Shown: positions 7,401-10,666 of the stretch, in pieces
Numbering within the stretch: position 1 is the first letter of the stretch
Layout: each line of letters opens with the position of its first letter
DNA from: Candidatus Terraquivivens tengchongensis
GTDB taxonomy: Archaea > Thermoproteota > Nitrososphaeria_A > Caldarchaeales > Wolframiiraptoraceae
Length of the DNA: 10,666 nucleotides
NCBI GenBank assembly: GCA_023261845.1
Contig: JALNJZ010000012.1
Span: 1-10,666 of the forward strand
Reading direction: 5' to 3'
Notes under the pieces: generated by a model
Database searches by the model: none
Seen by the model: only the letters and a program-made list of their open reading frames with translations
Told to the model about the DNA's origin: nothing
Program-made: the position numbers and the translations under genes

Positions 7401-8372
7401 TCAAGCTAGCTCTACTACGTTCTGGAGCCCGACTTTTCTAACCCTGAGAATTCCTTTCTTTTCTAACTTCTTAATGAGCCTCCACATGGTCGTCCTAGGA
7501 ATGTTTGGGAAAGCTTTCCTTAACTCCGCCTCCAATGCTCTTCCGCTATTTTCCTTCAAGAAACGTACAATTTCTGCCTCCTCTGTTTTGAGACCCTTGA
7601 ACCTTTTTCTATGTTTAATTAACACCAGTCCGACTACGATCGCTATTATGGCACATACAACCAGCGCATAATAAGCTGACGGGGCATAACTTCAACAGGC
7701 GCTGTTGTCGCATATCTCTGAATTCATATCAACCAGCGCATAATAAGCTGACGTGGGCATAACTTCAACAGGTTGGGTCGTCTGGGTTTTTGTTTGGACC
7801 GTAGTCTGTATTACTGTTTGGGTTACTATGTGGGTCGTTGTTCTTTGGTAAAGTAACTCATAACTTATCTCCCAATCCCCAGGGTAAAGGGTGAGCTTTA
7901 GCTTACCTCCATCAGAGCTTATAACTGATGGAGGTGCGTTCATGTACATCAACACAGAATTTTCGGGAAACACCACTTTTAGCTCAAAAGGTGTGCTAAT
8001 TGTCAGGGTCCACAGTCCTGCCTCCTTACGCGTCAAAGCATCCGTATCGTATTCTAGCAAGACATTGCTGGCACCAAGAGAGTAAATCGTTATGTTCCCC
8101 TCCCCAAATTCGTAATCAAGCGGCACCGTGTTTTCATCAAAGACAACCACATTGAACACGTGTTCTTGTGAGGATAAAAGCGGGAGGGTAATCGTTGCCT
8201 CATCTTCGTTGACTGAAATTGCTGCGCTGACCCGGACAACACCATCCGCAAAAACCGTTAAAGTTACATCCTTAACGGTGTAGGAATTCTCGGCAAAGAC
8301 TATTGGCTGGAAAAGCAAGAACAGCAAAATAAAAAAGACGACTTTAGAAACTTTGATGTTCATGCAGTACAT
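7401..8372 (-). pseudogene. Membrane-anchored winged-helix regulator (COG2512-like: signal peptide, beta-rich ectodomain, Thr linker, TM, wHTH), interrupted by a 72-bp duplication/insert with an in-frame TGA
   Basis: ORFs 7692..8372 and 7401..7625 are in the same frame, separated by one TGA (7692-7694). Collapsing the duplication gives ..TTQPVEVMPTSAYYALVVCAIIAIVVGLVLIKHRKRF.. followed by wHTH EEAEIVRFLKENSGRALEAELRKAFPNIPRTTMWRLIKKLEKKGILRVRKVGLQNVVEL. Start at 8372 or 8363. Confidence 0.85.
7658..7772. repeat. Direct repeat (42 bp at 7658-7699; 43 bp at 7730-7772) flanking a 30-bp insert
   Basis: CAACCAGCGCATAATAAGCTGACG(T)GGGCATAACTTCAACAGG occurs twice, differing by one T. The intervening sequence is CGCTGTTGTCGCATATCTCTGAATTCATAT. 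Confidence 0.95.
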
Positions 8373-8461
8373 GGCTTCTTATCGTTTATCGATTCCTTAA
8401 ACTTAAGTTTTAAGATCAATCAGAGAGTCAAACACTAGGGAGCCAGATCTTTCCTTAAACC

Positions 8462-8695
8462 CTATGGTGCGAAAATCCCCTTAAGTAACGTCCTTGCAGC
8501 CCTTTCTATATCCTCACGTTTGACCGTTCTTCTACCAGCATAGCTTGCTAGACCTAACGCTTCCTTCGCGACAGCGAGGCCGACCTCTTCCAGCACGCGT
8601 CTAAGTTCTTCGGCCGCCTCCTCGCTTACCCTGGCAGCACCTGCCTTTTTTATTATTCTGTGAATTGGAGCCGTAGAGAGCTCACTCTGAACCAT
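8462..8695 (-). CDS. Archaeal histone (HMfA/HMfB family), 77 aa
   Basis: ELSTAPIHRIIKKAGAARVS...AGRRTVKREDI aligns without gaps to the HMfB histone fold. ATG 8695 is preceded by SD-like GAGGGT and is preferred over TTG 8701. Confidence 0.95.
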   Translation of the reverse strand: MVQSELSTAPIHRIIKKAGAARVSEEAAEELRRVLEEVGLAVAKEALGLASYAGRRTVKREDIERAARTLLKGIFAP

Positions 8696-8733
8696 GAACA
8701 ACCCTCTTTGTAAAAAATACAGCTTATTTCCCC

Positions 8734-8748
8734 TATAATAACCTTTCT
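8734..8748 (-). promoter_or_regulatory. BRE/TATA promoter of the histone gene
   Basis: Minus strand AGAAAGG-TTATTATA about 40 nt upstream of ATG 8695. Confidence 0.6.
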
Positions 8749-8920
8749 GGGCACTAAAATCCTTTTATTTTGCTTTTTAAATGAAAAATAAACTCAGAAA
8801 AGCCCGAGAAATTACCGGAAAAATACGTGATTTGTACGCCGGTAAGCTGGTTCAATCCTTAGTATAAAAAAAGTTTTAAGTTATAAAAATACCGATTTGA
8901 GCAAGAAAATCGTGAGTCTT

Positions 8921-9700
8921 ATGAGCGGTGTAGAGAGAGTTACGTGTCCACATTGCGGCAAGTCAACAATCAAAGGGAAGTTCTGCATGTACTGCGGAAA
9001 GGAGCTGGAGACTGTAGTTGAAGTACAAGCTGCTCCACAAGCACCAAGCATAGAAGCTCCCAAACCTGAAGAAATGGTTGAAGAAAGAAAGCTTATCGAG
9101 CAAATCGCCAACCTCCACAAATGGCGGTTCAAACTCTTAGACATATTTTTGGAGGGTGGTGCCGACGTGGACATCTTCGAGGAAGTGTACAGAGAATACC
9201 ATAATAGGATCGAGACGCTTGAAAACAAGCTGCAGGAGGAAAAAATAAAGATAGAGGAGAGGATAGGCGAGCTGACGACGAAGCTTAACCAACTTAAGGT
9301 TAGACATGAAGTCGGTGAGATACCAGATAGACAATACATCATGTCAAAACTGGAGATAGACAAGGAGCTCTCAAAGTTAAGACCTAAGCTCGGGCTTTTA
9401 CAGAACCCCTTCGACGTGAGGCTTGCAGATCTGCCAGCATTCGAAGAATCAGTTCGCTCAAGAATAGAGAGGATCAAAAGTTCCGGAAAAAGCCTCAAAC
9501 TAAGCGATGAACTCATCAACCTCATAGTGAATGACTTAAGTAGCGTGCTCGAAAGCTTGAACGTTCTGATGGAACAGCATAGAAAGATAAAGCACGAGCT
9601 CAATAAGCTAGAGCTGAGATACAAAATCGGCGAGCTTAAAGAGGATGAGTACTTAGCCCAAAAACAGAGGCTAGAAAAACAACTAGAGATGCAGTTCTGA
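8921..9700 (+). CDS. Zinc-ribbon plus CdvA-like coiled-coil protein
   Basis: CPHCG...FCMYCG, then a P/A-rich linker and coiled coil with repeated L-x-x-R-x-x-x-G-E-I/L-x-x-x-x-Y motifs. ATG 8921 with GTGAG upstream and TTATAAAA at 8881-8888 is preferred over TTG 8897. Confidence 0.7.
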   Translation: MSGVERVTCPHCGKSTIKGKFCMYCGKELETVVEVQAAPQAPSIEAPKPEEMVEERKLIEQIANLHKWRFKLLDIFLEGGADVDIFEEVYREYHNRIETLENKLQEEKIKIEERIGELTTKLNQLKVRHEVGEIPDRQYIMSKLEIDKELSKLRPKLGLLQNPFDVRLADLPAFEESVRSRIERIKSSGKSLKLSDELINLIVNDLSSVLESLNVLMEQHRKIKHELNKLELRYKIGELKEDEYLAQKQRLEKQLEMQF

Positions 9701-9731
9701 TATTAAGCGCTGACTCCGTCGTGGCCTACCT

Positions 9732-10352
9732 ATGGTCAAAGCAGTAATAGTCGTTGTTGCTGTACCGGGTGCTGGGAAGACTACGATCCTTAAAAAGCTC
9801 AAAGAAATTATGCCATCGGTTTCTGTCATAAATTTCGGCGACGTCATGCTCGAGGAAGCTTCCAAACGCTTTGGTGTAACGGACAGGGACGAGATGAGGA
9901 AAAAGCTTGCTCTTATGGATTATAGAAACCTTCAGCTTCATGCCGCGGAGGCCATAGCAACGCGGGGCGACGGTGTTGTCATCATAGATACGCATGCTGC
10001 TATAAGCACACCTTACGGATATTATTCAGGTTTGCCACCTGAAGTTGTTAGGGCATTAAATATTGACTTGATAGTGTTTTTAGAATTCAGACCCGAAGAC
10101 ATACTCGCAAGGAGAGAAATGGACCAAGAGACCATACGAAAGAGGGGATTAGATAGCATAGAGGCTATAGAAGAGCACCAAAGCATCAGTAAAATGTTTG
10201 CTATAGCGGCGGCAAACGAAGCAAAATGTTATCTGAAGATCCTTAAGTACTATTATCCCCAACAATACCCGTTTCAACATGCTATTGAGTGTGCCAAAGA
10301 ATTAGCAAACCTAATAGAATTCCTACTGCAACAAAAAGGCATCACTACATAG
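9732..10352 (+). CDS. adkA: Archaeal adenylate kinase
   Basis: P-loop AVPGAGKTT; INFGDVM; DRDEMRK; IIDTHA; TPYGYYSGLP; ILARR. Confidence 0.93.
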   Translation: MVKAVIVVVAVPGAGKTTILKKLKEIMPSVSVINFGDVMLEEASKRFGVTDRDEMRKKLALMDYRNLQLHAAEAIATRGDGVVIIDTHAAISTPYGYYSGLPPEVVRALNIDLIVFLEFRPEDILARREMDQETIRKRGLDSIEAIEEHQSISKMFAIAAANEAKCYLKILKYYYPQQYPFQHAIECAKELANLIEFLLQQKGITT

Positions 10353-10575
10353 TTTTATCTTTCCAAAATACTGCAAGAGCTGCAACCGTACTTATGACCA
10401 GCACTATAGTAGCCACAATCGTGCCCATAGGTGGTGATGCATTCAATAATTTTTCAGTAATGTAGCTAAACACTACAGATAAACCTATCAACATCGTAAG
10501 CGTAACAGTTATGAGACTTTTCAAGACAATGCTTCTCAAAACATTCACCCACTCGTTGTATACTAGGACAAACAT
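10345..10575 (-). CDS. Small hypothetical membrane protein (2 TM)
   Basis: Two hydrophobic stretches separated by TEKLLNASPP; 8-nt convergent overlap with adkA; start uncertain. Confidence 0.6.
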   Translation of the reverse strand: MFVLVYNEWVNVLRSIVLKSLITVTLTMLIGLSVVFSYITEKLLNASPPMGTIVATIVLVISTVAALAVFWKDKTM

Positions 10576-10626
10576 TCATCCAAAATAAATATTAAGGAGT
10601 TGTGAGAAAGTGCATAGGGAAAGCGT

Positions 10627-10666
10627 ATGGCTAAGAGAAAAAGAGTAGGAAAGAAGAGGGGAAAGG
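10627..10666 (+). CDS. 5' end of a basic protein (MAKRKRVGKKRGK...), truncated by the window
   Basis: ATG 10627 with TATTAA about 32 nt upstream. The K/R-rich N-terminus is compatible with Sec61beta or a ribosomal protein; too short to assign. Confidence 0.45.
   Translation, partial: MAKRKRVGKKRGK

Noticed and set aside
7692-7697. Selenocysteine (Cys-UGA) in the regulator
   Set aside because: The UGA arises from reading the duplicated segment out of its original frame. It is not in a redox domain, and no SECIS is evident in the 7-bp intergenic 3' region.
7658-7772. Minimal CRISPR array (repeat-spacer-repeat)
   Set aside because: The repeat is coding sequence of the host gene; there are only two copies, no leader, no CRISPR-like repeat ends and no cas genes. 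Kept only as a duplication scar.
7770-7845. Low-complexity T/Q/V codon repeats
   Set aside because: Ordinary Thr-rich linker of an archaeal surface-exposed protein, not an independent repeat element.
8399-8410. AAACTTAAGTTT palindrome upstream of the regulator gene
   Set aside because: AT-rich, overlaps the likely TATA/BRE and is unrelated to the GTTTCA motif; not enough support for a separate site.
8838-8858. GCCGGTAAGCTGGTTCAATCC as a degenerate att copy of tRNA-Glu (GCCGGTGACCCGGGTTCAAATCC)
   Set aside because: It needs two gaps and several mismatches, lacks the acceptor-stem end, and no integrase is present; compatible with chance.
8881-9995. Minus-strand ORFs including 8881-9624 (247 aa)
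   Set aside because: Ser/Leu/Phe-rich mirror of the E/K-rich coiled-coil gene and adkA.

Overview
Archaeal chromosomal window, probably from the TACK group. This is inferred from an HMf-type histone, an archaeal AdkA, a CdvA-like coiled-coil protein, BRE/TATA promoters and oligo-T terminators. The left half is metabolic: the 3' end of a possible glycerol/alcohol dehydrogenase, an AmiS/UreI-like 6-TM channel, hom-lysC on the minus strand, malic enzyme plus a GNAT acetyltransferase, and tRNA-Glu(UUC). Downstream of the tRNA is an accessory module the ORF track fragments. It comprises (i) a perfect 22-bp palindrome with extra half-sites; (ii) a signal-peptide, helical plus Ig-like secreted protein gene split by a 1-nt frameshift; and (iii) a convergent ectodomain-TM-wHTH membrane regulator gene. 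That gene is interrupted by a 42/43-bp duplication flanking a 30-bp insert, which leaves one in-frame UGA. The right part has a histone with non-canonical tetramer-interface residues, a zinc-ribbon/CdvA-like protein, adkA, a small membrane protein and the start of a basic protein. All family assignments come from motif recognition by eye, not from database searches.
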